Below the pieces are notes generated by a model, which was not told the origin of the DNA, ran no database searches, and worked only from the letters and a program-made list of their open reading frames with translations. A DNA stretch of 64,000 nucleotides from Methanobacteriota archaeon (GTDB taxonomy: Archaea > Thermoplasmatota > Poseidoniia > Poseidoniales > Poseidoniaceae). Location of the stretch: assembly GCA_002720095.2 (NCBI GenBank), contig PBGP02000006.1:102257-166256 (forward strand), read 5' to 3'. Both the position numbers and the translations under genes were made by a program. Shown one piece after another: positions 1-8,815 of this stretch; the stretch's first letter is position 1, and each line of letters begins with the position of its first letter.

Positions 1-348
1 TTTCTCTCTCACAGTTTTAATCTGTCCAGTTGAAGAAACGACAAATTTAGTAAAAATTTTTTCAAAGTGTTCATCTTTTGCTAAAAAATGCAGCTTTCTT
101 CTAGAAGCTGCAATCATGAACAACGGGTCGACATGAGATAGGTGATTTGAAGCAAAAATAGCTGGACCATTTTTTGGAATATTTTCCAAACCTGTGAATT
201 TTGTCGGAAAAACCGAACGGAATATTTGACCTGCAGTCAACCTTAAAAAAGAGTAAATGGGGGTTGTTAATTTTTCCAACTTGTGTTGTTTAATTTTAAT
301 ATTGCTTGTGAGTTTTTCAAGCATATTTTCCAAGTTGCTTGAACCCAT
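1..348 (-). CDS. PlsC/AGPAT-family lysophospholipid (1-acyl-glycerol-3-phosphate) acyltransferase, N-terminal part; gene runs off the left edge of the window
   Basis: Not in the ORF track. Own translation of the minus strand from ATG (complement of 346-348): MGSSNLENMLEKLTSNIKIKQHKLEKLTTPIYSFLRLTAGQIFRSVFPTKFTGLENIPKNGPAIFASNHLSHVDPLFMIAASRRKLHFLAKDEHFEKIFTKFVVSSTGQIKTVREK. It carries the acyltransferase H-x4-D block (NHLSHVD) and the following FLAK..F...G.I.V.R block typical of PlsC. Confidence 0.7.
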   Translation of the reverse strand, partial: MGSSNLENMLEKLTSNIKIKQHKLEKLTTPIYSFLRLTAGQIFRSVFPTKFTGLENIPKNGPAIFASNHLSHVDPLFMIAASRRKLHFLAKDEHFEKIFTKFVVSSTGQIKTVREK

Positions 349-436
349 AATTAGTTTACCTAGATTATAGTATATATTATTTTTATTTCACGTATCTTAT
401 GGATATGATTTTTAAAGTATTTCAATTAGACGAGTT

Positions 437-1660
437 GTGTCAGAAGTATTACGTGGTCCAAACGGATGTGTAGTTTTTATTTTCGTCGTCTTATTTCTAC
501 CTATTTTCATTCCTTTAGTCGGTGCATCTACAGGTTGGGAAGAAGATGGTTGGTTGGATGCAGATTGGTTTACGAAGGATGGAAGAATTGCTTCAGGAGA
601 TGAATTAGGATGTCAAGGAATGCCCACTTTAAATTTAGAGTTGATGCCCAGAACTACGGCTATGGAATGTAAGAAATATTTAATGGAGAGAACAAATGCA
701 TCTAGATGGAGTGATTATCCACTGTCTTTTGGGGTTGACATGAATGAAAATCCAAACTTTGATTCCAGTGATCATGAAGCTCTATTCAGTGAAGGTTTTG
801 CAGTTCACGGCTTGAATACTAATTACTTCAATACCGCATGGCATGATGCAAGTGATATTCCTGTTAACAATTCAGATTGGTGGAATTTAGGTTCAAGTGG
901 TAGTTTAGAACAGAAAATCACTTCGTTAGAAGATATAGTGGAACTCGCCGAAAACGGTGCGATGGTTAATTTACAATGGCAAGCTAGAATTGCTGATTTA
1001 AGAGTGCGTACTAATGGAGATTTAGTCGCATGGCTTGAATCACAAAACTCATGGTATACTACATGGGGGGAAGCATATTCATACGAGTTTCACAGAATTC
1101 AAGATGATTTTATATTCACTGATGATGGGTTAAATAATTGGAAACTAGAAAATTTGGGTCCGCCACTTGAATATCAAAATTCCTTAGCATGGAACGTACC
1201 TGTGACTAGGGGGATTGAAATTTCCAATAGTACTGTAGTTGAAGTAAGCACGGATTCGAAAGAATTTGTCGAATTATCTTTGGAAAATAAAACGTTGAAA
1301 CCAGGTTGGAGATATGATGGAAATATATTATGGATAACAATAAATAGCGGTGAAGAAGTTACAATAAAATTAGATAATTATTCGGAAGTTAAAATGCTTA
1401 CAGAATCTGCTAGATACTTCAACAATCATTCTTGGGCTTTAACTATTTCTGGACACCACACTATCGATTTATTCAAATGGTCAATGAAGTTTGATGAATC
1501 TCCGTTGGTTTTTACTTGGTTAGTCGAACCACAAGAAGCTGAAGATTTTAGTTGGATATTGATTTTGATTGCTGCGACTGCTGGTATTAGCGCAGTAATA
1601 TATTCCAAGTTACTTATAAGTAAAGATCGTGAAAAATGGGATTTTTTAGAATCAGAATAA
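437..1660 (+). CDS. hypothetical membrane-anchored extracellular protein
   Basis: GTG-initiated 407-aa ORF. N-terminal hydrophobic segment (CVVFIFVVLFLPIFIPLVGA) and C-terminal TM (FSWILILIAATAGISAVIY) with a short charged tail. Many N-x-S/T sequons. No family recognised. Confidence 0.5.
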   Translation: MSEVLRGPNGCVVFIFVVLFLPIFIPLVGASTGWEEDGWLDADWFTKDGRIASGDELGCQGMPTLNLELMPRTTAMECKKYLMERTNASRWSDYPLSFGVDMNENPNFDSSDHEALFSEGFAVHGLNTNYFNTAWHDASDIPVNNSDWWNLGSSGSLEQKITSLEDIVELAENGAMVNLQWQARIADLRVRTNGDLVAWLESQNSWYTTWGEAYSYEFHRIQDDFIFTDDGLNNWKLENLGPPLEYQNSLAWNVPVTRGIEISNSTVVEVSTDSKEFVELSLENKTLKPGWRYDGNILWITINSGEEVTIKLDNYSEVKMLTESARYFNNHSWALTISGHHTIDLFKWSMKFDESPLVFTWLVEPQEAEDFSWILILIAATAGISAVIYSKLLISKDREKWDFLESE

Positions 1661-2722
1661 TTTAATTATTTCAACTCCATTTTCTGATAATTTACTGCTT
1701 ATTCTTGTAAAGAGACCTTGTTGAGAAATTAGATTTTCTGGTGCGTGAACTCCAGGTTGAATTTCTCCAGATAAAATTTCATCTACAAAACCCAGTGTTA
1801 CTAGCCCAGTTGTTCTGGCCATTGAAGAATTTTCCTTGGTGCCTTCATCAAAAATAATCCATCTATTTCGAATACCTTTTGAGATAATATCTACTTCCAG
1901 TAGTGTAAATTCTTCCTTATTTTTATCAAATTCCCAAGATTTGATTAAATCCTCGATAGTATTGTTTCTTTCCAAGCCATCTAATTTATTGTGAGTTTTT
2001 AAATCTAAAAATTTCTCAATATGGCCTGGCCATCTAAGTGTATATTCTGTCATATTCTTACATTCTTTCAAGTCTAAAAGACTTCTTAATCCATCAGTTA
2101 AGAATGCTTGTAATGTTCCTATTTTTCCGTTGGTAGAATTACTGTAATCTATTAAATGTAAATCTGATGTTGCTGGTATCTCAGTCTTTTTTGAATCAAT
2201 TAAAACCCTAGCGGGTCTTTCATATTCCTCAATGACATCGGTTGGGCTAAAAGGTGCCATGTAAGACCATTCATCATCAGGAATAAGAGGAATACCTCCT
2301 ACTCTTATCTTGCAATCCTCTATTTTCCCAAATTTTTCGATTGTATCTGCTACAATTAGGTTAGAAAATCCAGGGGCAATTCCTACATCAAAGATTAAAC
2401 TACAGTTATTTTTTATTGCTAATGAATTGTACTCTCTTGGATCTTCGATTGTGAAAGCTAAATCAATAACATTAATTCCCTTCTGTAATAGATCTTTTCT
2501 AACTGAATCACCAACACTACCAGGCAGCATGTTGATGACTAGAGAATTATGTTTAATTTTTTTTACATAAGCTAGAGCGTCAGATTGGATAGTATTGCAC
2601 TTGTCCTCTAAATTTTTAGGAATTTGCAATCCTACCACTGTCAAAGAATGTCCCTGTTTAATTAACTCAGAAATTACAAATTCTCCTACTAATCCACAGC
2701 CTAACGCAACAATCTCTGCCAT
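1652..2722 (-). CDS. saccharopine dehydrogenase-family NAD(P) oxidoreductase
   Basis: Rossmann start MAEIVALGCGLVGEFV. Central DVGIAPGFSNL motif and 356-aa two-domain length are typical of the saccharopine/lysine dehydrogenase-like family. Confidence 0.65.
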   Translation of the reverse strand: MAEIVALGCGLVGEFVISELIKQGHSLTVVGLQIPKNLEDKCNTIQSDALAYVKKIKHNSLVINMLPGSVGDSVRKDLLQKGINVIDLAFTIEDPREYNSLAIKNNCSLIFDVGIAPGFSNLIVADTIEKFGKIEDCKIRVGGIPLIPDDEWSYMAPFSPTDVIEEYERPARVLIDSKKTEIPATSDLHLIDYSNSTNGKIGTLQAFLTDGLRSLLDLKECKNMTEYTLRWPGHIEKFLDLKTHNKLDGLERNNTIEDLIKSWEFDKNKEEFTLLEVDIISKGIRNRWIIFDEGTKENSSMARTTGLVTLGFVDEILSGEIQPGVHAPENLISQQGLFTRISSKLSENGVEIIKLF

Positions 2723-2863
2723 TAAATTATATCATCAATATCATACTTATTGAATTATGCATTTTTCTAGTTCTATTTTTTTAATTTTACTTAATTTAGA
2801 CGATTTTAGTATTCTTCGCGTAGAAGCGTTGATTTCCTATCACTTTGACGGAGTGTTGATTAA

Positions 2864-4237
2864 ATGGACGAAAGCATTCGAATCGACCCTTGGTCATCAT
2901 CTCAATCCACAGATTATCAGAGAATTATTGACCAATTCGGCTTATCATCTTTAGAGTCTCTAAATATTCCTTCACCTTCCTTATTACACAGGCGAAATAT
3001 TGTATTTGCTCACAGGGATTTAGATGTCATTTTAAGGGCTAAAAGTAAACAGAATTCATTCGGAGTTTTGACTGGTTTGATGCCTTCAGGAAGGATGCAT
3101 TTAGGACATAAAATGGTAATTGACCAAGTTAAGTGGTTTCAAGATTTGGGAGCAGATGTGACTATAGCTGTTGCAGATTTAGAAGCACATGCGACTAGAG
3201 GTCTATCACTGCAAGAATGCAGAAAAAATGCCATGGAAGAGTATATTTCAAACTACTCAGCAATGGGTTTAAATCCAGAGAAAACGAATATTTATTTTCA
3301 ATCAGAGAGACCAATTGTACAAAGACTCGGTTTCACATTGGGTAAAAAAACAAACTTATCAGAAATAGAGTCTATTTATGGATTTAATGGGGAGACAAAC
3401 TTAGCACATATCCAGGCCCCTTTAGTTCAAGTGGGCGATATTGTCCATCCAATGCTTGATGAGTATGGCGGTATAAGGCCTATTGTTGTACCAGTAGGAA
3501 TCGACCAAGATCCACATTTAAGATTGACGAGAGGTTTAACTTCTAAATCAAATTGGTTTAATCTTAAAGTTGGTAAGGATGGGGGTCTCAGCATATCCTT
3601 ATCCGTCCAAGATGAAAATTCAAAGATGTTAGGTGTGTTTAGTGACGGAAAAATAGATCGAAAATCTAGAGATAATTTATTCCAAAATCTTGTAGAAATG
3701 TTGAAAAAAATTGGTTTCTCTGATTTTATCAAGAATCCGAAACATGGAACTTTAGGTATTCCATCAGCTACAAAATTAGATTATGATGATGTCAAAAGGG
3801 TTTTACTTTCTTTGGAAAGATCAATGGGCGGTTTAGGACTTTTACAACCATCAAGTACTTATCACAAATTCGCAGTTGGCATGAATGGTGACAAAATGAG
3901 CTCAAGTAAACCAAATTCGACAATATTTCTTACAGATCAAGTAAAAGATATCCAGAAGAAAATTAAATCTGCATTTTCTGGCGGAAAATCCACAGTAGAG
4001 GAACATAAAAGGTATGGCGGAAATCCAGACATTGATGTCGCATATCAATACTTGATGTACTTCTTTGAAGAAGATGATGAATATTTAAGAGAGTTAAATG
4101 AAGGTTACCGTTCAGGTAAAATTTTAGCTGGAAAAATGAAGGAAATATGTATTGAAAAAGCAATTTCCTGGATGAAAACTCATCAGGAATTAAAGCAGCA
4201 AAATTCCCATTTAGTGCAAGAATTTTTGTCATATTAA
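2864..4237 (+). CDS. trpS: tryptophanyl-tRNA synthetase (archaeal/eukaryotic type) with a large internal insertion
   Basis: Class I motifs MHLGH (HIGH) and KMSSS (KMSKS). The N-terminal DPW...DYQRIIDQFG and C-terminal GGKSTVEEHKRYGGNPDIDVAYQYLMYFFEEDDEYL...GYRSGKILAGKMK closely match archaeal TrpRS as I recall it. Confidence 0.9.
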   Translation: MDESIRIDPWSSSQSTDYQRIIDQFGLSSLESLNIPSPSLLHRRNIVFAHRDLDVILRAKSKQNSFGVLTGLMPSGRMHLGHKMVIDQVKWFQDLGADVTIAVADLEAHATRGLSLQECRKNAMEEYISNYSAMGLNPEKTNIYFQSERPIVQRLGFTLGKKTNLSEIESIYGFNGETNLAHIQAPLVQVGDIVHPMLDEYGGIRPIVVPVGIDQDPHLRLTRGLTSKSNWFNLKVGKDGGLSISLSVQDENSKMLGVFSDGKIDRKSRDNLFQNLVEMLKKIGFSDFIKNPKHGTLGIPSATKLDYDDVKRVLLSLERSMGGLGLLQPSSTYHKFAVGMNGDKMSSSKPNSTIFLTDQVKDIQKKIKSAFSGGKSTVEEHKRYGGNPDIDVAYQYLMYFFEEDDEYLRELNEGYRSGKILAGKMKEICIEKAISWMKTHQELKQQNSHLVQEFLSY

Positions 4238-4275
4238 TAGATATGATTAAGTCACTCCTACATTGACATATTAAC

Positions 4276-7200
4276 ATGCAAATTGATGCTATTCGAAAAA
4301 AATCCAAAGCGACATTAATGATGTTAGTAATGTTATTTACAGTACTAGCTACAGTTGTTACAGGGAATGTCAACGCAGAACAAGGTAGGTCCGTTGGTGG
4401 TGAAGAAATTACTGTAACAGTACTCAGTGATCATTACAATGAATTGTCTTCCATTATGGTTGGAGCTACTGTAACGGGACTAAATCCTGGAATAGATTAT
4501 GATGTTTCATTGAAAATTTGTTATGATATGGCAAATGTAGGGAGTACATGGCAGAATCCTCCAAATGGATTTAATTACGATGGTTATCATTGTGATCAGC
4601 ATATGATTGATTCAGAAATTTATGATGCGGAAACTAATGAATTTCAGAACTATTTATGGGATGACATCATTGATGTTCCAGCAGGAGTAAACTCCTATGC
4701 TATAGCTAAAGCAATTGAATTTCAACGGGAATCTCATATTCACCCAGATGAACTTGGTTCTTTTACTTGTAATGATTCATCTTCAATCTCAGACTGGTGG
4801 TTAGTTAATGATGGAGTTAGTAACTGCTTAGATTCATCTGATGAAAATTTTGATTATGTAAATTGGCCAAAAGAAATTGTAGATGCGTCTTATTTCTACA
4901 ACTGTACTGATTGGAGTTATTACGGTTGGGATCAACCTAATCTTGAATATACTTGGTGGCACTATGATGGCTGTGGAAGAGGTTATTATGTGGTGGCAGA
5001 ACTACTTATTGGCGATTATGAACTTGCAGATTCTTTTTCTAATTCCTTTGCTGTAGGTTACAGAGGAAATGTCTATTTTGACACTTTAAGGGATGATACC
5101 ATATTGGTGGGTAATGATTATGAATTTTCTTTTTATGCATGTGAGTTGTTCTACTACATTTCAGAGCTGGTTGATTATGATTTAGATTATGAGGTTTATG
5201 ATTTAAGTGATCAGTCGCTCGTAGAATCTGGAACACACTCACAGATAGACTCACGTGATTTAGCGAGTTCTTGCTCTAACTGGGAAACAAAGGCGATTTC
5301 TGGGTTAAATGTTGGAAATTACAGTTTGGAAATAAAATTAAATCAAGAAGGGGTTTATCTAACTAACCACTACCAAGAATTTCAGGTAATTGATCTTGCT
5401 CTAACAGAGTCGGAAGATTTTATTGTATCCGTAGACGATAACTATTACGAAGAGAACCAACCTGTAATAATAACTATCGAGTTGGATAACTTAAATCCTG
5501 CAATTAACTACAGTGTGGATCTAACATTATGTCGTGATAGAAACTGGCATGCCTTCCCTTCAAACATTGATGGAATGATATATACAGACTTAAATTGTAA
5601 TAAGGCTTGGAGACCACAAACTTATAATGCTGAAAATGATTCTTATTCAGATGAATTATCAACATTGAGTGTTACAACAGGCTCTACCAATGCAGTCTTA
5701 AACGCTGAAATACTACAGAATTATTCTTCAGATATGAAAACGTGGCAATTAGGTCATTTTACATGTGACGACGGTTCAATCATTTCAAGTTGGGAGTTAG
5801 TAAATGACGGAAATAATGATTGTACAGATTCATCTGACGAAGGTTTTGATTATGCTGAATGGCCAGAAGAAAATATTTCTGCAACACTCTCTACTGCGGA
5901 GTTAGGGTACTATTTGATTGCCACACTTTCTGCAGAAAAATATAAAATTTCAGATAATATTTCCAACTCTTTTGCATCCGGAGAAAGAGGAGAAATTGGC
6001 TTTAGAGCATTACATCCTAATGGTGTACTAAATGGAATGGACTATGAATTTGAGTATACTTCAAAATGGTTGTTTAGATATATAGACACTATGGTAGATT
6101 ATGACTTAAACATTGAGATTACTGATTCAGATGGAAATCTCGTTGAATCATATTCTGATAATTCTCTTGATTCAAGATCACTGACAGCTTGGAAAATTCC
6201 TTGGCATACTTACACAGTAAGTGGATTGACACCTGGTGAGTATGTACTAACTATTGTTTTAGATATGGAATCTCGAGAGTTAGATACTTATTTCCAGGAA
6301 TTTAGTATTATTGATGAAACACTTTCTAATTTTGAGAGTTTGAGTATTTCAGCAGACTCAAATCATTATGGTAATCAAGATAATATTGAATTGGTATTTT
6401 CAATGGACAACTTGTTCCAAGGTACTAATTATAACTTAGATTGGAGGATTTGTAGAGATGTATTTGAGTTAGACCAATTCCCTCAAAATGCGAATGGCGA
6501 CATTTTCGAAAAATATGATTGTCCCAATCCACTTGGTTCTGGTCCTCAAGTATATGATGCCTCTACTGATTCGTACTCTAATGCTTGGGAATCAAGTATT
6601 TCAATTCCAGCAGGTTCAACTACACACAGTGAAATTATTTTGTTAGAATCAGAGATAATTTCAGATATTGACCCTTGGGAACTCGGAGAATTTTATTGTG
6701 ATAATGGAGAATCAGTATTGGATGGCTGGACATTAATCAATGATGGAAATTCAGACTGTACAGATTCATCTGATGAAAATTTTGATTATACAAATTGGCC
6801 GATTGAAATAATCAAAAATCCTATGTATGATTACGTTGAACAAGAAGGGTTCTATGTAATTGCTGAAGTTCAAGTTGCTGGATTTGAAGTCGTTGATGCT
6901 TTTAGTCCCTCTTTTGCAGTGGGTGAAATTGGTCACATAAGTTTCGATTCAGCTCATTCTAATGGTATTCTAGAAGGAATGGATTACAAATTCAATTTAG
7001 CAGGATGTGAATTATTTCGGTACATAAATGACTTAGTCAACTATGATATAGATTATCGTGTTTTTGATGATGATGGTTTGTTAATTGACTCGGGTAATCA
7101 TCAATTAATAGATTCTAGGGACAACACAAGTTATTGTTCAGAGAGTGAATTGATAATTATTGACAAGAATATTTTGACTGTCGACCAAGGAAAAAGAAAC

Positions 7201-8367
7201 AATGAATACAATGTTAAAATAAGCTTATCACTGTCGAATTCGCTAATAGACGAAATGGATTTTGAATTCACAGTTACAAATCCATTGGCTCCTAACGATG
7301 ATGCCACATTGGAAATAACCGCTATTTCAGGATTAAATGGGGTTGGAAGTGTTGAGATTACTATAGGTGAAATGACTGCAGGACAATATTATGAATTAGT
7401 ATACACCACATCAATCGCAGGTTCTCAATCAGAAGTGGGTAATTATTTCATTATCGCTCCACCTCTTGAAGATACTAAAGTAATCAGTTTCCCTCATCTT
7501 CCTGATGGTTTCTATTGTGTCAATGCAATACTTATGATTAACAATTGGGAGTTGACCTCTGCTTCAGATTGTTTTGTTCAAGAATCAACAGTCGACACAG
7601 ATCAAGACGGAATTAGAGACATAGACGATGGATGCCCCAATGAAGATCCAATACAAGGAACAGATTTAGATGGAGATGGTTGTATTGAATACACAGATAC
7701 AGATTTTGATGGATGGGATGATGTCGATGAGATTGCATGTGGAAGTAATGAACTTTGGGATGAGTCAATTCCGATTGATACGGATGGTGATGGGGTATGT
7801 GATGGGCAAGACCTAGATGATGATGGAGATGGAATTGATGATATCATTGAAATTGCGGAAGGTACAGATCCATTAGATGATCAGAGTAAGCCAAATTCCC
7901 CTCCAATTTGTGACATTTACTTTTCTATAGAATCAGATGGAGTAGTAATAAAGAACGAAAATGCTTTGATTTCAGGAGTTCCCTCTGGAGTTCCAACTGC
8001 ACCAGAGCAGTTGACTGTAACTCTACCTGTTGGTAATTATTACCTAATCGCACTATGTAGCGATCCAGAAGGTGATGTAGTCTCTGTTAATCTAAACGGA
8101 GAATTTGTAAATGGAACAGAGGCTAGAGTTGGTGCGTTGGTTGTAATGGCCCCAGATACATCAGAAACTGTGGAATTAGTACTGTCTTACGGAGACGGAA
8201 CACATTTCTTAGCCGCGATTGTAACAGTCAATTTAAACGCAACTTCAGGAATACCTGGTATTGTAGACGATGTTAGCGGTGAACCTGTTCCTGGATTTAC
8301 AGGAGTAATGACAATTCTATTGTTAATTGGTGTGGCCTCAATAAGAAGAAAAAATCAATCACTTTAG
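4276..8367 (+). CDS. giant secreted surface protein (1363 aa): signal/TM, three ~310-aa repeats, Ca-binding TSP3-like repeats, PGF-CTERM anchor signal
   Basis: N-terminal hydrophobic leader (ATLMMLVMLFTVLATVVTGNVNA). Triplicated repeat visible in the translation. D-x-D-x-D-G-x-x-D runs are present. The C-terminus PVPGFTGVMTILLLIGVASIRRKNQSL has PGF + TM + basic tail. Confidence 0.85.
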   Translation: MQIDAIRKKSKATLMMLVMLFTVLATVVTGNVNAEQGRSVGGEEITVTVLSDHYNELSSIMVGATVTGLNPGIDYDVSLKICYDMANVGSTWQNPPNGFNYDGYHCDQHMIDSEIYDAETNEFQNYLWDDIIDVPAGVNSYAIAKAIEFQRESHIHPDELGSFTCNDSSSISDWWLVNDGVSNCLDSSDENFDYVNWPKEIVDASYFYNCTDWSYYGWDQPNLEYTWWHYDGCGRGYYVVAELLIGDYELADSFSNSFAVGYRGNVYFDTLRDDTILVGNDYEFSFYACELFYYISELVDYDLDYEVYDLSDQSLVESGTHSQIDSRDLASSCSNWETKAISGLNVGNYSLEIKLNQEGVYLTNHYQEFQVIDLALTESEDFIVSVDDNYYEENQPVIITIELDNLNPAINYSVDLTLCRDRNWHAFPSNIDGMIYTDLNCNKAWRPQTYNAENDSYSDELSTLSVTTGSTNAVLNAEILQNYSSDMKTWQLGHFTCDDGSIISSWELVNDGNNDCTDSSDEGFDYAEWPEENISATLSTAELGYYLIATLSAEKYKISDNISNSFASGERGEIGFRALHPNGVLNGMDYEFEYTSKWLFRYIDTMVDYDLNIEITDSDGNLVESYSDNSLDSRSLTAWKIPWHTYTVSGLTPGEYVLTIVLDMESRELDTYFQEFSIIDETLSNFESLSISADSNHYGNQDNIELVFSMDNLFQGTNYNLDWRICRDVFELDQFPQNANGDIFEKYDCPNPLGSGPQVYDASTDSYSNAWESSISIPAGSTTHSEIILLESEIISDIDPWELGEFYCDNGESVLDGWTLINDGNSDCTDSSDENFDYTNWPIEIIKNPMYDYVEQEGFYVIAEVQVAGFEVVDAFSPSFAVGEIGHISFDSAHSNGILEGMDYKFNLAGCELFRYINDLVNYDIDYRVFDDDGLLIDSGNHQLIDSRDNTSYCSESELIIIDKNILTVDQGKRNNEYNVKISLSLSNSLIDEMDFEFTVTNPLAPNDDATLEITAISGLNGVGSVEITIGEMTAGQYYELVYTTSIAGSQSEVGNYFIIAPPLEDTKVISFPHLPDGFYCVNAILMINNWELTSASDCFVQESTVDTDQDGIRDIDDGCPNEDPIQGTDLDGDGCIEYTDTDFDGWDDVDEIACGSNELWDESIPIDTDGDGVCDGQDLDDDGDGIDDIIEIAEGTDPLDDQSKPNSPPICDIYFSIESDGVVIKNENALISGVPSGVPTAPEQLTVTLPVGNYYLIALCSDPEGDVVSVNLNGEFVNGTEARVGALVVMAPDTSETVELVLSYGDGTHFLAAIVTVNLNATSGIPGIVDDVSGEPVPGFTGVMTILLLIGVASIRRKNQSL
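4762..4845 (+). other. LDL-receptor class A-like calcium-cage motif, copy 1 (FTCNDSSSISDWWLVNDGVSNCLDSSDE)
   Basis: The D-G-x-x-(D/N)-C-x-D-S-S-D-E string matches the C-terminal half of the LDL-A consensus. Only 2 Cys are retained. Confidence 0.45.
5758..5841 (+). other. LDL-receptor class A-like calcium-cage motif, copy 2 (FTCDDGSIISSWELVNDGNNDCTDSSDE)
   Basis: Same motif as copy 1. This is the closest copy to the consensus D-G-x-x-D-C-x-D-x-S-D-E. Confidence 0.5.
6691..6777 (+). other. LDL-receptor class A-like calcium-cage motif, copy 3 (FYCDNGESVLDGWTLINDGNSDCTDSSDE)
   Basis: Same motif as copies 1 and 2. Confidence 0.5.
7591..7884 (+). other. thrombospondin type-3-like calcium-binding repeats
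   Basis: VDTDQDGIRDIDDGCPN, DLDGDGCIEYTDTDFDGWDDVDE, DTDGDGVCDGQDLDDDGDGIDD. These are repeated D-x-D-x-D-G-x-x-D-x-x-D(-x-C) units. Confidence 0.6.
8284..8364 (+). other. PGF-CTERM archaeal sorting signal (predicted archaeosortase substrate)
   Basis: PVPGFTGVMTILLLIGVASIRRKNQSL. A Pro-Gly-Phe tripeptide is followed immediately by one hydrophobic helix and an Arg/Lys cluster at the extreme C-terminus. Confidence 0.75.
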
Positions 8368-8431
8368 AATTCTTCAAAAAATAATGAGTAATGTATTCAA
8401 GCGTTAGTTCTAAGTCCCCCCTCTCATAGTA

Positions 8432-8815
8432 GTGCACATGCGGTTCGAATGTGATATGCTAGAAGAGTTCAATGAGGCTTTTGAGATACCTCATTCAGAA
8501 ACACCTACTGTTGGTGATGAAGAATTGGGGGAATTAAGGATTAGATTACTCGAGGAAGAGGTACAAGAGTATGCTGATGCTGTCAGAAAAGGAGACCTCT
8601 TAGAAATATTAGATGCTCTTGGAGACATAGCTTACATTTTAGCAGGAAGTGTGTTAAATCATGGTTTACAAAATGTTATTGATGATGCATTTTCTGAAAT
8701 ACATCGCTCCAATATGGCGAAATTAGTTGATGGTAAAGTTCTAAAAAGAGCTGACGGAAAAGTCGCAAAACCTAAGGATTGGTCACCTCCTAATCTAAAA
8801 CAGTTCTTACAATAG
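8432..8815 (+). CDS. MazG-like all-alpha nucleoside triphosphate pyrophosphohydrolase family protein
   Basis: LRIRLLEEEVQEYADAV...EILDALGDIAYIL...FSEIHRSNMAKL. The E-x2-E and D-x2-D metal-ligand helices are typical of small MazG/PRA-PH-like proteins. The start could be ATG 8438 instead of GTG 8432. Confidence 0.55.
   Translation: MHMRFECDMLEEFNEAFEIPHSETPTVGDEELGELRIRLLEEEVQEYADAVRKGDLLEILDALGDIAYILAGSVLNHGLQNVIDDAFSEIHRSNMAKLVDGKVLKRADGKVAKPKDWSPPNLKQFLQ

Larger units (their letters stand above)
4402..7285 (+). repeat. three intragenic tandem protein-coding repeats (~0.93-1.0 kb each; approx 4402-5412, 5413-6333, 6334-7285)
   Basis: Repeat starts align: EEITVTVLSDHYNE...LNPGIDYDVSLKICYD / EDFIVSVDDNYYEE...LNPAINYSVDLTLCRD / ESLSISADSNHYGN...FQGTNYNLDWRICRD. 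Each repeat ends with ...EFQVID / EFSIID / EFTVTN. Divergent at the DNA level, conserved at the protein level. Confidence 0.8.

Noticed and set aside
4402-7285. Three ~1-kb direct repeats, considered as possible duplicated genes or a mobile/satellite element
   Set aside because: They are in-frame, uninterrupted and diverged at the DNA level within a single 1363-aa ORF. They are protein-domain repeats, not a mobile element.
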